Assembly: GCF_018350175.1 (NCBI RefSeq)
Contig: NC_058368.1
Location: forward strand, 12,276,001-12,340,000
From: Felis catus
Taxonomy: Eukaryota
Direction: 5' to 3'
DNA: 64,000 nucleotides
In this document: piece after piece, positions 1 to 12,777 of the stretch
How positions within the stretch are numbered: the stretch's first letter is position 1
Layout of the letters: every line of letters begins with the position of its first letter
Notes under the pieces: generated by a model
What the model was told of the DNA's origin: nothing
The model's database searches: none
The model's input: the letters and a program-made list of their open reading frames with translations, nothing else
Program-made: the position numbers and the translations under genes

Positions 1-699
1 ATCATGGGCTGATCAGATTTCTCAGCACTCAGATTCTCAGATTTTTCTTGAGTGTGTTTTCTAACACGCTGAGGCTGAGCTACAAAAGAGGCCTGAGAAC
101 CTCAATATTTAGAACATAAATATCACTGTCACTGAAGTTCCCATTTTCACTTGAGTGCCTCACCTTCAACTATGTCTAGTGTTCCCCCAGCCTAGGGAAC
201 TTCTGTTGTAGCCTCTCCAGGCCATCAACTTCTAGTTTTGGGCTGATGGTGGGGAAGAAAAGTCACCTAGATATAAACTAGGGGAGTAAATCCAGGGCTC
301 TATCTACTTTAAAACAGAATTTCAAACAACCGTCTTCTTTTTAGCCTCCCTTAAATGTCAACCCCCATTTTTGAGCTTTTTAGGATTATTGTAGTACAGA
401 CTGAATTTATGACTTACTTCACTGACCACTCAGCTTTTATTTCTTGGGCTTGCCAAGTTTTCTACTACATCATTTCTGTTTTTCTGCTTTGAAAATTTTA
501 TAGTTGTGGTGTCTCTCTTTGTATGGACATCTGCTTTTGTAAAGGAATGCCTCTCTAAATCAGTGGGAATTTAGATAGCAAGAAAATTCAGGCGTTCAAT
601 CTCCTATCTTTGATGACTCCTTTTGTATTCTGACTGCTCTGCTCTGGCTTTAAATTTTCAGCTCAATGAGTTTTGGCAATTTTAACTACCCTCAAACAA

Positions 700-1065
700 G
701 GTAAAGAACATTTCTGCACATAGGAACGTTCTCTTGCGCTCCTTTACCATCAATTCTCTCCTCACCACCACATCCCCTCCTACCTCCCTCAGGGTCATCT
801 TCTTTCTGATTTCTATCACTCATAGACTGATTTTGCCAATCCTTGGTTATCATATAAATGGAATCATATGGTATGTAGTTTTGTGTGTCTGGCTTTTTTT
901 TTTTTTTTCACTCAACACAATATTTTTGAGATTGATCCATTTTATGGAGTATAGCAGTAATCATTCCTTTTAATGGCAGAGTAGTTTTCCATGGTATAAA
1001 GACATACAATTGGTTTATCTACTCTTTTGCTGGTGGATATTTAGGCTGTTTCCAGTTTTGACCAA
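700..1065 (-). mobile_element. Old L1 (L1M-type) 3' end fragment
   Basis: Typical reverse-oriented L1 3' motifs: catataaatggaatcatatggtatgtag...gtctggctt, gatccattt, ggatatttaggctgtttccagtttt. Confidence 0.75.
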
Positions 1066-1239
1066 TGCTTTTTGATCACCAAATTCCATATCTTCTTTTT
1101 AGCAAAGACCTGTTAGTAGTAATGGGCAATAATCCCCACTCTCCATTCCTCGAAACTTTTCTCTTTGGCATTGAAGATTGAGTTCCCTCATCTCTCTAAA
1201 CACTATCTCCTTCCTGTCACCAAGTAGTACCTGCCCCTT

Positions 1240-1810
1240 AACTATTAATATTTTTTAGGATTCAGACTATAGTCATTGCTCTTTTTATTCTGCATGAATA
1301 TACTGAAATATATTATCCCATCTTAAAATAGACTCTGATGATGTCCAATCTTCTTTCTCTAACCCAGATACCTCCCTTGAGCCCCAGAGTTACGTTTCTA
1401 ACTACTCATTAATCTCACCCATTTGTGGGGTTCTGCTGACCCTTCAAACTCAACTTTCAAAACTGAGCTCATCGTATTCTCTTCCAAACTTGTTTCTGAT
1501 ACTTACTGTCTTATCTTGATTAAGAGCATCACCAAGTAGGCCAGCCAAATGGAGTCATCTTGACACTTTTCTTCTTTAAGGTCTGTATTCATTTGATTAC
1601 CAAGTCCCGTCAATTACATCTCTGTGGTATTTTTGAAATCTTGCCTCTTCTTTGGCCCTATTTTGGTGCCTTCTCATCTTTTCCCTAAGTCAGGCAATAG
1701 CCTCTTAATTGGTTTCACTACCAATTCAAATGCTTTACATTAAAACCAGTTCTATTTCTCAACTTTTTCCCATGTCACTCATTTATTTAAAAATATCTGA
1801 TGACTCCCCT
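1240..1810 (+). mobile_element. Degenerate L2 fragment
   Basis: Pyrimidine-rich L2-like motifs (cttcaaactcaac...aaaactgagctcatc, ggagtcatcttgac). Confidence 0.5.
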
Positions 1811-2439
1811 TATTTTCAGCCATCTCCAGTTTACCCACTGACTACACATTCATTAGTGTCAAATATAATAAGCAACCCTGGATTAGAAACTGATCATTTA
1901 GTCTGAAGCTATCTTTAGCATGGGCTTGGCCTTTGCTCTTATAACTGACAGCCTATCTTTTTGGTCAGTTCCACATGTGTCCATTGCTGCCTAAGACCTA
2001 AGAGTGGTATGTGAGGTAAATTTTATATATACATTCTCATTTGGATATATAATGAGGTACAGAAGAGCTTAAATAAGTCAATGTTGCTCATCTGGCAGCT
2101 CTGTAACAGGTTTGTTTAGGTAAGGATTGCTTGTCATTTATAAAATTTACTTTTCTAACAAACTGTTCTTCCATTATAGGTTGGAATCACAAACAAACAT
2201 TTTTATTCTGTGCAAAAGTTTTTGATCTCCTACATACACAAAAGCCATCAAAGGGCTCATCCTTTATATGTCACATGCTTGAATATGCTTTCTACTTTTT
2301 GACACAAACAAGAGGTCAATTTGTTATTTTCTAAAGCTGGAGACTCAAACAAACTAGATTTGACTACCTAGATTTGGGTCCTTTTATCTCCCCTGAACCC
2401 AGATATTTGCCTGCACTTTAAGAGTTGCTCCTCTTCTTA

Positions 2440-3550
2440 GAAAAAAAAATATTTGTAAAACCTGTATCTTGTAAAGGACTTGTGCCCAGAATACATAAGA
2501 ACTCCACAATAAATTCCATAATAGGTCAAACAATCTTGAGTTTTTAAATGTGCAAAATATTTGAACATACAGTTCGTTTTTTAAATGTTTATTTTTGAGA
2601 GAGAGAGAGAGTGCACAAGCAGGGAGGGACAGAGAGAGGGAGACACAGAATCCGAAGCAGGCTCCCGGTTCCAAGCTGTCAGCACAGAGCCTGATGTGAA
2701 GCCCGATGAGGGGCTCAAACTCACAAACTGTGAGATCATGACCTGAGCCAAAGTCAGATGCGTAATCAACTGAGCTACCCAGATGCCCCGGAACATACAG
2801 TTCTAAAAGAAGATATTCAAATGGCAAATAAGCACATGAAAAGATGCTTAGTGGTCATGGGAGAAATGCAAATTAAAATAATAAGACACACTGGAATGCC
2901 TAAATTAAAGACACTGTCAACGCTAAGTTTTAGCAAAGACATAGAACCACTGGAACTTCCAAAAGGATACAGCCTCCTTGGAAAACAATTTGGTAATATC
3001 TTACTAAATTAAACATATTCTTAGAATATGACCCAGCAATTCTACTTTTAGTTATATCCAAGATAAAATAAATCGTACACCCATACAAAGACCTGTACTT
3101 GAATGTTCACAGCAAATTTATTCAGAAAATAGCCCCAAAGTGGAAATAACACAAAGGTCCCTTAACTGACAAATGGAAATAAAAACTGTGGTATACACAT
3201 ATAAAGAAATATTCAAAAATACAAAGGCACTAACAACTGATACATGCAACGAAATGGATGAGTCTCAGAGGCATTATGTTAAGTAAAAGAAGCCAGACAC
3301 AAAGAGCACACACTATATAATTGCATTTATACAAAATTTTAGAAAAGGTAGAACTGCAGTGACAGAAAACAGTTCAGTGGTTGCCAAATGTCAGCAATGG
3401 AGAACTTTTTGAGATAATGGAAATGTTCTACATCATGATTGTGGTGAATGTCACATAACTGTATACATTTGACAAAATTCAACAAATCGTAGGTTTTAAG
3501 TTGGTGAATTTTTTTGAATGTAAATTACACTTTTAATAAAGCTGAATAAA
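2440..3550 (+). mobile_element. L1 ORF2 C-terminal/3' UTR fragment, interrupted by a CanSINE
   Basis: Track ORF 2758..3012 contains KEDIQMANKHMKRC...EMQIK, characteristic of the L1 ORF2 C-terminus. Motifs atgacccagcaattctact and aagaagccagacacaaaag are present. Confidence 0.85.
2576..2790 (-). mobile_element. CanSINE (SINEC_Fc-like)
   Basis: tRNA-derived head, (CT)n tract and A-tail on the minus strand; 13-bp TSD gaacatacagttc (2563-2575, 2791-2803). Confidence 0.95.
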
Positions 3551-3559
3551 AAACACTGC

Positions 3560-4957
3560 AAGTGAGTGACGTCGGTGGGAATGGTGGAATAAAAGTCTTC
3601 AATGCTCTGTTCCTCTATAAAAGTAAGAAGAATATTGGCAATAACTGTCAAAATCAACTTTTTAAGAACTCTGGAAAGTAATAAAGGCTTGCAACCATCC
3701 AAGTACTGTCTATTTAAGAACAGTGGTTGAATCTACGTGGGAACAGGGAGATTTGAGGCATCTGACCTTGCCCTATTCTCATGTTTCTTTCCTCAGCTCT
3801 GCAAAAGCTTTGTAAACAACAGCATCACAATCAGAGCACCTATGAAAACTGGCAGCCTAGCAGCCACTGGAGAGGGCAGAATGGGCTTGGCTCCCCAAAA
3901 GCTTCATTATTAAAGAACTGTCATTATCTGAGCTGCCTGGAAACTGCCTGAATGGCCCCCATTCACAGGGCTTATCTTCATTTAACCTGACTCTGAGCTC
4001 ATCACTGAGAACAGTTTCCCCCCCAGGGTGTTTGTCAAAAACAATCAGCAGCAATTATTTAACATCATAGCTGCCTGAACCGCTGATAACATTTGGGCTA
4101 ACCAAGATGTGAACCAAAATGAATGAAAAGGATAGCTGCAAGAATGAGATGCCCATAGGGGACTTAGAAAAGTTCTAACATATTCTTAGGAATCTAGAAG
4201 GCCAAGCACATATGAAGAACTGTGTGCATACCCAGAAAAGGCATAACAAAGTCCTAATTTCTCACCTCTGCTTGGCATTGTTGATCTGCACAAGCAGGAA
4301 ATAAAGGCTAAGGCAGAATTATCAACTTCCTCCTGGAACATTGAAACCATAGCCCAATATGCACAAAGAGCCCTTGATAAAGGCTGGGAGACATACTGGT
4401 TCAAGGCATTTAAGGACAGTCCTGTTCAATCATTTGCTGACCGCTAAGCTAACCAAATGGAGACTTCAGTGGTAATATATAGCAAAGTATTCAGACTTCA
4501 GAGAATTAGCTGAGGAAAGTCACTGAACTATAGCCACAACAAGGGAAGTCACTAAACTATAGCCACAGCAACAAACCTTGGGGAGAGGAGATCTGATTTT
4601 GAGAGTTGCCACATTATAGTGTTCAACATTTCTGGTATTAAACAAAAAATAACAAGACAACACACAGATTTTAAAGTTTAGATGGAGAGGCAAAAGACCC
4701 AGAACAGCCAACACAATATTGAAGCAGAAGAACAAAGTTGGAGGGCTGATACTACCCAACTTCAAGACTTACTATAAAGCTAAAGTAATCAATACAGTAT
4801 GATATTGGTAAAAGAATAGAAAAATGGATCCATGGAACAGAATAGAGAGCCTGGAAATAGACCAACACAAGTATGGTCAACTGATCTGTGACAAAGGAAC
4901 AAAAGTAATATAATAGAGAACTGATAGCCTTTCAACAAATTTTGTTGCAACAACTGA

Positions 4958-5000
<43 letters not shown>

Positions 5001-6445
5001 AATCCATCTAGACACAGACCTTCTACTGATAGCCTTTCAACAATTTTTTTGCAACAACTGAACACACACACACACACACACACACACAACACACACACAA
5101 CACAAATCCATCTAGACACAGACCTTCTACCCATCACAAAAATTAACTCAAAATGAATCACAGACCTAAATGTAAACACAAAATTATAAGGTCTCTGGAA
5201 GATAACATAGAAGGAAATCTAAATGACTTGAGGTTTGGTGATAACTTTTTAGATACAACACCAAAGACATGATCTATAAAATAAATAACTGATAAACTGG
5301 ACTTCATTACAATTAAAAACTTCTGAGAAAGACATTGTTGAGTGTATGAGAAGACAAGTTATAGACTTGGAGAAAACATTTGCAAAAAACATATCTGATA
5401 AAGGACTATTATCTAAAATATACAAAGAACTCTTAAAACTTTAATAAGAAAACAATCAACCCAATTAAAAAATAGGCAAACAGTCTGAACAGACACTTCT
5501 CCAAACAGGACACACAGATGGCAAATTAGCACATAAAAAGATGCTTAACATCATGCATCATTAGAGAATTGCGAATTAAAATAACCATGAGATAACACCA
5601 TACACTTATTAGAATGACAAAATTATAAAACATTGACCACACAAAATGCTGACAAGAATGTGAAGCAACAGGAATGCTCACTCACTGTGGTTGGGGATGC
5701 AAAATGGTACAGCACTTTGGAAGACAGTCTGACAGTTTCTTACTGCCAAACATACCCATACCATAGGACTGAGCAATCACACTCTGGTATTTTACCCAAA
5801 TGAGTTGAAAACTTATGTACATATAAAAACCTGCACAGGAATGTTTATAGCAGACTTATTCATAACTGCAAAAACCTGGAAGCAACCAAGAAGTCCTTCA
5901 GTAGGTGAATGGATAAATCAACTGTGATATATCCAGACAATGGAATATTATTCAGTGTTAAAAGAAACTGAGCCATCAATCCATGAAAAGACATGGAGGG
6001 ACCTTAAATGCATACTACTAAGTGAAAGAAGCCAATCTGTGAAGTCTACGTACTGTGTGATTCCAACTATATGACAATCTGGAAAAGACAAAACTATGGG
6101 TACATGAAAAAGATGAGTGGTTGCTAGGAGTTAGGAGGGAGGGCTGAACAGTCAGAGCATAAGGGATTTTCAGGCTGTGAAACTATTTCGTGTGGTACTC
6201 TAATGGTGGATACAAATCATTATACATTTGTCAAAACCCACAGAATGTGTAAGACCAAGAGTGAACCCTAATGCAAATTATGGACTTGGGGTGATGATGA
6301 TGTGTAGGTCCCACACTCTGTGTGGGATGATCATGGAAGAGGCTGAGTATGTGCAGGTACAGGGGGATACAGGAACTCTCTGTACTCTGTCTTCCTTTTT
6401 TTCTGTGACTCTAAAATGGCTCTTTTAAAAAGTCTATTTTTTAAA
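3560..6445 (+). mobile_element. Old L1 (L1MC-like): probable 5'-region remnant ~3560-4640, ORF2 3' part and 3' UTR ~4660-6445
   Basis: aacaaagttggagggctgatactacccaacttcaagacttactataaagc (ORF2); 3' UTR motif gtgaaccctaatgcaaattatggacttggggtgatgatgatgtgt. The 5' part is less certain. Confidence 0.8.
4922..5130. repeat. ~105-bp tandem duplication inside L1, each unit containing a (CA)n microsatellite
   Basis: tgatagcctttcaacaa...caactgaaca(CA)n...cacaaatccatctagacacagaccttctac occurs at 4922-5026 and 5027-5130. Confidence 0.95.
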
Positions 6446-6659
6446 GACATAGTTTTTGTTAGATTCATTTAACGATAATTTTATTTATCTGCCTTTGAAA
6501 TTACCAACGTAAAGTGATCTCCATTTCCTTTGCTCTCCATCCACTTGCTCATTGGTTCTCAATCCTATCTACAAAAGTATCATCGTTGAAGACCTCTTAG
6601 AAATCCTGGGTACAATTTCAAATATCATACCCACAACCATTCAACTCTTCCTTTGAAAA

Positions 6660-6750
6660 TGTGTATGTGTATCAAATCAGCATGTTGTGCACTTTATATA
6701 TTCTATAATTTTGTCAGATATGCCTCAACAATGCTGGGGGCAAAAAAACA
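6660..6750 (+). mobile_element. Short L1 3'-terminal fragment
   Basis: tgtatcaaatcagcatgttgtgcacttta...atatgcctcaacaatgctgggg followed by an A-run. Confidence 0.6.
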
Positions 6751-6862
6751 CAACTGATTTGTTAAGATGAAAAAAAAAGACACAAGGAGAGAAAACACTC
6801 TTTATGGTGGTCTGAAACTAGGCAGACGGTGCAGCATCAGCCTGTGATTTATTTTGCACAAG

Positions 6863-6958
6863 GTAAAAGAAACTGGCTAGACTCTGCAAGAATACAAAAC
6901 GGATGAAACACATATCCTCGAGAGATGTGAATGCCTCTTTAGGGACTGGCCGCCTCAG
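6863..6958 (+). pseudogene. Candidate 96-nt plus-strand exon (KKLARLCKNTKRMKHISSRDVNASLGTGRLR) with TAA as its first full codon
   Basis: gatttattttgcacaag|G TAA AAG... and CAG|gtaaaa donor. A 92-nt intron leads to exon 7051-7092 with matching phase 2. Confidence 0.25.
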
Positions 6959-7050
6959 GTAAAAGAACATGTCACATAACAGAAGTATCCAGAGCGCTTT
7001 ATCAAAACCGCTGTGAAATTCTGCTATGAATGAAGCCTATCTTTGTTCAG

Positions 7051-7092
7051 GACAGTATTTAGCATCGGTATTTGTCTACCTCTAACTTCATG
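7051..7092 (+). CDS. Candidate 42-nt plus-strand exon (TVFSIGICLPLTS), phase 2-2
   Basis: cctatctttgttcag|G ... ATG|gtaagt: canonical acceptor, strong donor, one open frame. Confidence 0.35.
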
Positions 7093-7326
7093 GTAAGTAA
7101 CATAAAACCCTTCAGATAATCTGAGTTGGTCTAGCAGCGGTTTCCTGAAAAACTATTCCTGCAGGAGTAACAATCTTGATTATAAAATTTATTTTATCAG
7201 CTGCATGCACAGTGGGTCTTCTCTGGGTTAGAGCCTCTTTTGAGGCACGAACCATAATTTATTCATCTAATCTGAATTAGGCCTTGCAGGAAATTTTACA
7301 CATGATCGTTTCAGTAGGTTTTTCTT

Positions 7327-7355
7327 CCTTTCTCTCTTTTTTTTAAAGTTTTGTT

Positions 7356-7394
<39 letters not shown>

Positions 7395-7603
7395 TTCAAA
7401 TGTTTTTATTTATTTTTGAGACAGAGAGAGACAGAGCATGAGCAGGGGAGGGGCAGAGAGACAGGGAGACACAGGATCCGAAGCAGGCTCCAGGCTCCTA
7501 GCTGTCAGCACAGAGCCCGACGCGGGGCTTGAACTCGTGAGCCGTGAGACCATGACCTGCGCTGAAGTTGGAAGCTTCACTGACTGAGCCACCCAGGCGC
7601 CCC
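7327..7603 (-). mobile_element. CanSINE with expanded (TTTA)n tail
   Basis: Full SINEC_Fc body; TSD agtaggtttttctt (7313-7326, 7604-7617). Confidence 0.95.
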
Positions 7604-7809
7604 AGTAGGTTTTTCTTTCTTAACCGAACATACTTTGTTTATATAGGTCCAATCGGTGATTGATTTTAAGTAGTCGCAACAGCCTGTGCAGAGTCAGATT
7701 AACAGAATTATTCTTCCACACTGAATACGACAGGCTAAGGACTGCATCTTATTGGCATCCCTAATGCCTAGCACAGGTGCTGGCTCAGGGCAAATCTACT
7801 CAGTGATTT

Positions 7810-7980
7810 TTTTTCTAATGAAACCTTAGAGCTTGGCAACCTCTGGGGACAATTTGGTCTGACGCTTTTATTTTTAAATGAGGAGAATAAGGATCTGAGA
7901 CGACCACTCGCTCCAGGGAGCCACACATTAGTTAGCAGGAGAGCTAGGACGAGGACTTCTTGACAGTGATGTCTCTGCTC
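7810..7980 (-). mobile_element. MIR fragment
   Basis: tttatttttaaatgaggagaataaggatctgaga...ccagggagccacacattagttagcaggagagctagga (MIR core, reverse orientation). Confidence 0.6.
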
Positions 7981-9292
7981 CTGCCTATCCAGGAAATGAG
8001 AGCCTAATCCTGTACCTAGCAGAGGCTTTTGAACAAATGGTAGTTTCCTTCCCCTCTCCTTTATTCCATGCAAAGAGAAAACCCATGACACACGATGAAG
8101 CTCGTCCACTTTGCACTCTGAGCAAACTAGATTTCTGTTTTAACAGAAGCAAAGCAGTTTGATCCTTTCAGAAGAATCTGAGGATGGGATATCACTGCAG
8201 AATCTGTGAATTGCCATTGCTGTCTTCAGAATCCTTGAGAAGGCCAGTACCTGAGTAAAGGGGAGGTAGAAATCTCATTTTAAGAGTGAAACCTGGGGTT
8301 CTAATGGGAAAGAAGACAAGAAGTCAAGACTCTTTGTCCAACAGTGCACTACGTACCAGGAGCAAGGGTAGGTGGCAGGAATGCAGAGGCGAATAAGATG
8401 TGGTCCCTGCCCTTGAGGATCTCACAGTCCCGCGTGCGATATAAATTTCACAAACAAGAAGCAGCTCACTTCCTGAGTGCATAAGGACAAAACCTCCCAG
8501 AGGAGATAATATTTGAGCAAGCCCAGGAAGGACTAGGAGAAATTTGCTGCTTAGGCTAAAAGAGTTACAGGCAAAGCAAACGGGCATTAAATAGCACGCT
8601 TCAGTCTAGGACTCATAAGTATGTGAGTGGGGATGTCTGCAGAGAAAGGCAGGGGCTAGATCACGAAGGACCAAAATGAATGTGTCAAGAGTAATCTGTG
8701 AGTGATGGGGAGCAGCTGAAGGATATTAGACAGGAGAGGAACGTCGTTAGATCGCACATTACAAACGTAAGCGGTGGCAGGGCGGGGAATGAGCTGAAGA
8801 ACGTTAGGGCGTGTTTACGATAGTTTGGGTGAAAGATGGCAAAAGGGAGTTGGAGCCGATGAAGATTTGGTCTTTGATAGGGAAGGAGCCAAGGAGGAGA
8901 AGTAGAGGACGACTCCCAGATTCCAGGCTTTGTCACCGTGCCACAGAACACAGAAAACAGTGACTTGGGGAAGTCAGCGGGGAGCCGGGCAGGAGAAAAT
9001 CAGAAGTTCATGTTTGGATGTGTTAACTGTTAGGGGCCTTTGTGATGTCCGGACCCCCTTGGGAAAGCTGGGCATCACAGTGACTTACACACAAGATACA
9101 TAATAATTGAGCCAACCATCCTCAGGGAACCCAGAACCCTGGAAACTCCAGCGTGTAAGGCACAGGCCAGTGAGAAGGAGTCAGATGTGGAGGAGGTGTG
9201 GTCAGAGACGTAAGAGGTCAACAGAACTAGCTGAAGGCCGTGTCCTAGAAGCCATGGAATGACCATCACAGAAGGGAGTAAGTGGATGGTTC

Positions 9293-9525
9293 TTTTTTTC
9301 TTCAGTTTTTAAAGATGTTTTTATTTATTTACTTTGAGAGAGAGAGAGATAACATGCATGCTAGCAGCGGAGGGGCAGAGAGAGAGGGAGAGAGAGAATC
9401 CCAAACACGCTCTGCACTGTCAGTGCTGAACCCGATGTGGGGCTTGAACCCACAAACTGTGAGATCATGACCTGAGCTGAAATCAAGAGTTGGATGCTTA
9501 AGTGAGTGAGCCACCCAGGTACCCC
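9293..9525 (-). mobile_element. CanSINE (older subfamily)
   Basis: gagatcatgacctgagctgaaatcaagagttggatgctt...ccacccaggtacccc; degenerate TSD agt(gg/at)atggttc. Confidence 0.92.
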
Positions 9526-9592
9526 AGTATATGGTTCATTGTACTGAACACTTAGGCCGGGGAGGTGATGTACAGCTTAAAATGTGCCTTTT

Positions 9593-9627
9593 TTAAAGTT
9601 TTGTTTTGAATGTTTTATTATTTATTT

Positions 9628-9658
<31 letters not shown>

Positions 9659-9825
9659 CCCAAGTGGGAGAGGGGAAGAGAGAGAGGGAGACACAGAATC
9701 CAAAGCAGGCTCCAGGCTCTAAGCTGTCAACACAGAGCCCGACGCGGGGCCTGAACTCACAGACTGAGAGATCATGACCTGAGCCAAAGTCAGACGCTCA
9801 ACCGACTGAGCCACCCAGGCGCCCC
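9593..9825 (-). mobile_element. CanSINE
   Basis: Full body; TSD ttaaaatgtgcctttt on both sides. Confidence 0.95.
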
Positions 9826-10609
9826 TTAAAATGTGCCTTTTGGATTTAGTAGTTACCAAGGGCAGTTTCAGAGAAGCATGAGGGAAGAAGGCTGAGGGGT
9901 AAGTGGACTCAGAGAAAGTGAAGACAGACCATGAACACAGTGCTCTTTTAAGAAGTCTAGCTAAGGAGAGATGTGTGGTATTTTCTGGAGAAAAGGAATA
10001 ATTCATCATGACATAATATTCTCTTCACATGTAGAAGCAAGAAAATAATTCCCGAGCTGACAGGTTATTTTCTTCCAGGTTCCAGTTCAATGTAACAAAT
10101 ATTCACTTCCTGCTCCACACAAGGCCACAAGGCACCCACGCTACGCTCCTAAGATACAGTCCCTCCTGTGGAACACTTAGAAGCCTGGCAGAAGGTCCTT
10201 CCATTGAGGCCCAGCTAGCCAGAACCAGAGTGGGGCGGGGTGGTGGCCCGTGTCAAATCTCGTGGTGCACAGACTGCTCTGAGCACACAGGAGGAGAACC
10301 CCAGAGACGACGTCCAGGAGGGCAGGACGCGGGGGCCACGCAGAACACGGAGGGCTTGCTGGGAGGGCTGGCTATTTGTGAGCAGAGAATGTGCCGCAAG
10401 CATCTGAGGGTGATGGGAGGGTGGTCTGGGCCGTGTCTGAGAGGGTTCTTCCACTCACACTGCAACACAGGCCTGCCTGGGAGACACAGGAGGGCCCTCT
10501 GCCTATGGATGTACAGGAAAGCAAAAACCAAAAAACCACAAAACCAAAAAAACCCCTTCCCCTCCTCACATTTTAGATTCATATCTTACAGTTAAAACTA
10601 CCAGACTTT

Positions 10610-11312
10610 AGAGGTCTCCCATGCTGATTTAATGGCCAGTTTCCTGTGATATTTCTAATATTCCTGCCAAAGCCATGAAAGGAGTGACAAGCAAAGGTAT
10701 GAATTCGTCTCTAACATGTGATTCTGGTTAAAGCCCGCGCGGCCTGAACTTCTCACCCTGCACTCAAGTGTCAGGGGCTGAAGGTATCTGGCCCCGTCTG
10801 CTTAGGAGTGTTCCGGGCGGGGCCCTCAAAGACGGTCCGAAACAAAGTCCCCGAGACTCGTCCTGACCCCAGGAATCAAAGGTGAGGGAGAGCAGGGGCT
10901 CCTCCTCTCCGGGCAAGGAGCACAGGGCCTGGGAAAGGTCTCCCCACAGCCCTGCAGCTCAGGAGTTCCCAAAACCGGCTCTGCAGAGCAGGATGGGTAG
11001 CTGTGCCTGACAGACAACTGAGGCATGTAACTCTGCAAGGGTGAGGCCTTTCAGAAATCACAAGCCATCCAGCAGGAGGGCTTTATGGCGTGTCAGGGAA
11101 AAAGCATACGGTCAGAAGTCCACAAGCGGCTGTCACTGGGCCACCGCTGAGGCAGTGAGGGCCGTGCCCCTCTGCTCTGCGGAGCTTTTCACCCCTGCTG
11201 CTCTCCCACCAAGCGGTCACGCTGTCTCCTCCGGCCCATCGACCCCCACACAGCTGTTCCTGGATAGTAGCTGCAGCGTGGGAGGAAACCAGTTAGGCAC
11301 GGACAGATCTAG
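10610..11312 (-). other. Probable distal terminal exon (stop immediately after the junction) with GC-rich 3' UTR
   Basis: Acceptor cttcatttttcttcttgtag|CTAG at 11312. Joined to the phase-2 end of exon 19999-20080 it gives AGC TAG (...LVEPLYS*). In-frame upstream tandem acceptors (gacag|cag|) lie at 11342/11339. Minus-strand ATTAAA at 10628-10633 is followed by a GU/U-rich tract at ~10520-10553. Confidence 0.4.
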
Positions 11313-11397
11313 CTACAAGAAGAAAAATGAAGTATGTGTCTGCTGTCGTCGGGGGAGAGAGGATGTGCGTGTGGAACTGTGTGACTTGGAAAGTCAT

Positions 11398-11650
11398 TTT
11401 TTTTATTGAGATATAATCGACCCCTAACACCGTGTTCGTTTTCGGTGTGCAACCTGATGATTTGATGTGTGTATATGTTGCAAAAGGATCACCACAATAA
11501 GTCTAGTCAACATCCACAGCCACACATGGTGACTTTGTTTTCTCATAATGAGAACTTTTAAGACTTAGTCTCTGAGCAGCTTTCAAATATACAATACAGT
11601 ATGGTTATTGTATACAATACAGTCACCAGGTTGTGCACTCCATCCCCAGA
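11398..11650 (-). mobile_element. L1 3' end fragment (carnivore/L1MA-type)
   Basis: ttttattgagatataat...gatcaccacaataagtctagtcaacatcc...gagaacttttaagac...ctttcaaatatacaatacagta. Confidence 0.8.
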
Positions 11651-11661
11651 AAGCAATTTTA

Positions 11662-11897
11662 TTTATTTATTTATTTATTTTTATTTTTTTTTTTCAACGT
11701 TTATTTATTTTTGGGACAGAGAGAGACAGAGCATGAACGGGGGAGGGGCAGAGAGAGAGGGAGACACAGAATCGGAAACAGGCTCCAGGCTCCGAGCCAT
11801 CAGCCCAGAGCCTGACGCGGGGCTCGAACTCCCGGACCGCGAGATCGTGACCTGGCTGAAGTCGGACGCTTAACCGACTGCGCCACCCAGGCGCCCC
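11662..11897 (-). mobile_element. Young CanSINE (CpG-intact SINEC_Fc)
   Basis: cgcgagatcgtgacctggctgaagtcggacgcttaaccgactgcgccacccaggcgcccc; perfect TSD cagaaagcaatttta. Confidence 0.97.
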
Positions 11898-12777
11898 CAG
11901 AAAGCAATTTTAAATCACGTCCTCTAATGATCAAGGACTCAAGAAAGAGTGTAAGGTCCACTGGCAAATCAGTAAGGTTCAACAGCCCAAGAAAAAGAAC
12001 TTCAAAAACAAAAGATGCAGGTTTTCTTGGACTTCTTCAGTTTGTAGGATTTGATTCAAGTTTTAAATTCACACATGCCTGCGTTGGAAAAATCAGATGG
12101 GGTGTGCTTGGCCTTTAACTGTTCACAACAACTGCTAATCCAGATAATTTCTCTAGCGAGAGCTGGTCCAAGTTGAAGCAGGGGTCACAACCGGAGGTGT
12201 CTCTGAGAGGTTCAAAGGAAAGCAAAGCAAAACCAGGCCAGGGGTAACCGGCGGGCCTCACTCTGGGCCCTAGCATTGGCTCTCAGCTCCTTCCCCAGCC
12301 TGTCCTCCACCACATGGGCCCCCATCTTTCAGTCACGGTCCTCTTCAGCTCTCCTCACTGTCCTTGGGGGACAGCACTCAGTCTCAGGACCTTCATGCCC
12401 GCGTACGTAGATGACTTTGCATCTCTGTCTCCGGCTGTGGTCCCTGGCTGGCTGCAGACCCGCGCACCTGACGGCAACTCCTCTGGTCCCAGCCCCTCAG
12501 GTACCTCAGCTCACCACACCTTCCTGGGCTCAGACCCTGGCCAGACTCCATGGCTGCTCCCTGCCTCAGGGAAAGGCGCCACCACCCCCCACTGCTCCAA
12601 CCGGGAGGAGCCTGGTCACCCTGACTTCCGAGCTACAGCACCTGTAACTCATAGGTTCTTGTACGGATTAAATGAGACCAATGTATGTTACCAAGCAGCA
12701 GTAGACACTCATTAAATGTTAGCCACCGTCATCTGTTATTTATCTGGCAAAGCCATTCACTTTTAAAAACATTGTTA

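Larger units (their letters stand above)
8340..9975 (-). mobile_element. L2 fragment interrupted by two CanSINEs
   Basis: Purine-rich reverse L2 motifs: gtccctgcccttgaggatctcacagtc, gactcccagattccaggctt, aagttcatgtttggatgtgttaac, ctctttaagaagtctagct. Confidence 0.7.

Noticed and set aside
2384..2827. 147-aa ORF and the many similar ORFs (…LCADSLEPGACFGFCVSLSL…, …GGAEREGDTESE…)
   Set aside because: These are translations of CanSINE bodies; the same peptide recurs at every SINE copy.
2758..3012. ORF with KEDIQMANKHMKRC
   Set aside because: A fragment of degenerate L1 ORF2, not a host gene.
10079..10194. Plus-strand acceptor ttattttcttccag with an open frame joinable to exon 7051-7092
   Set aside because: The sequence resembles a reverse L2 3' end and the donor is poor.
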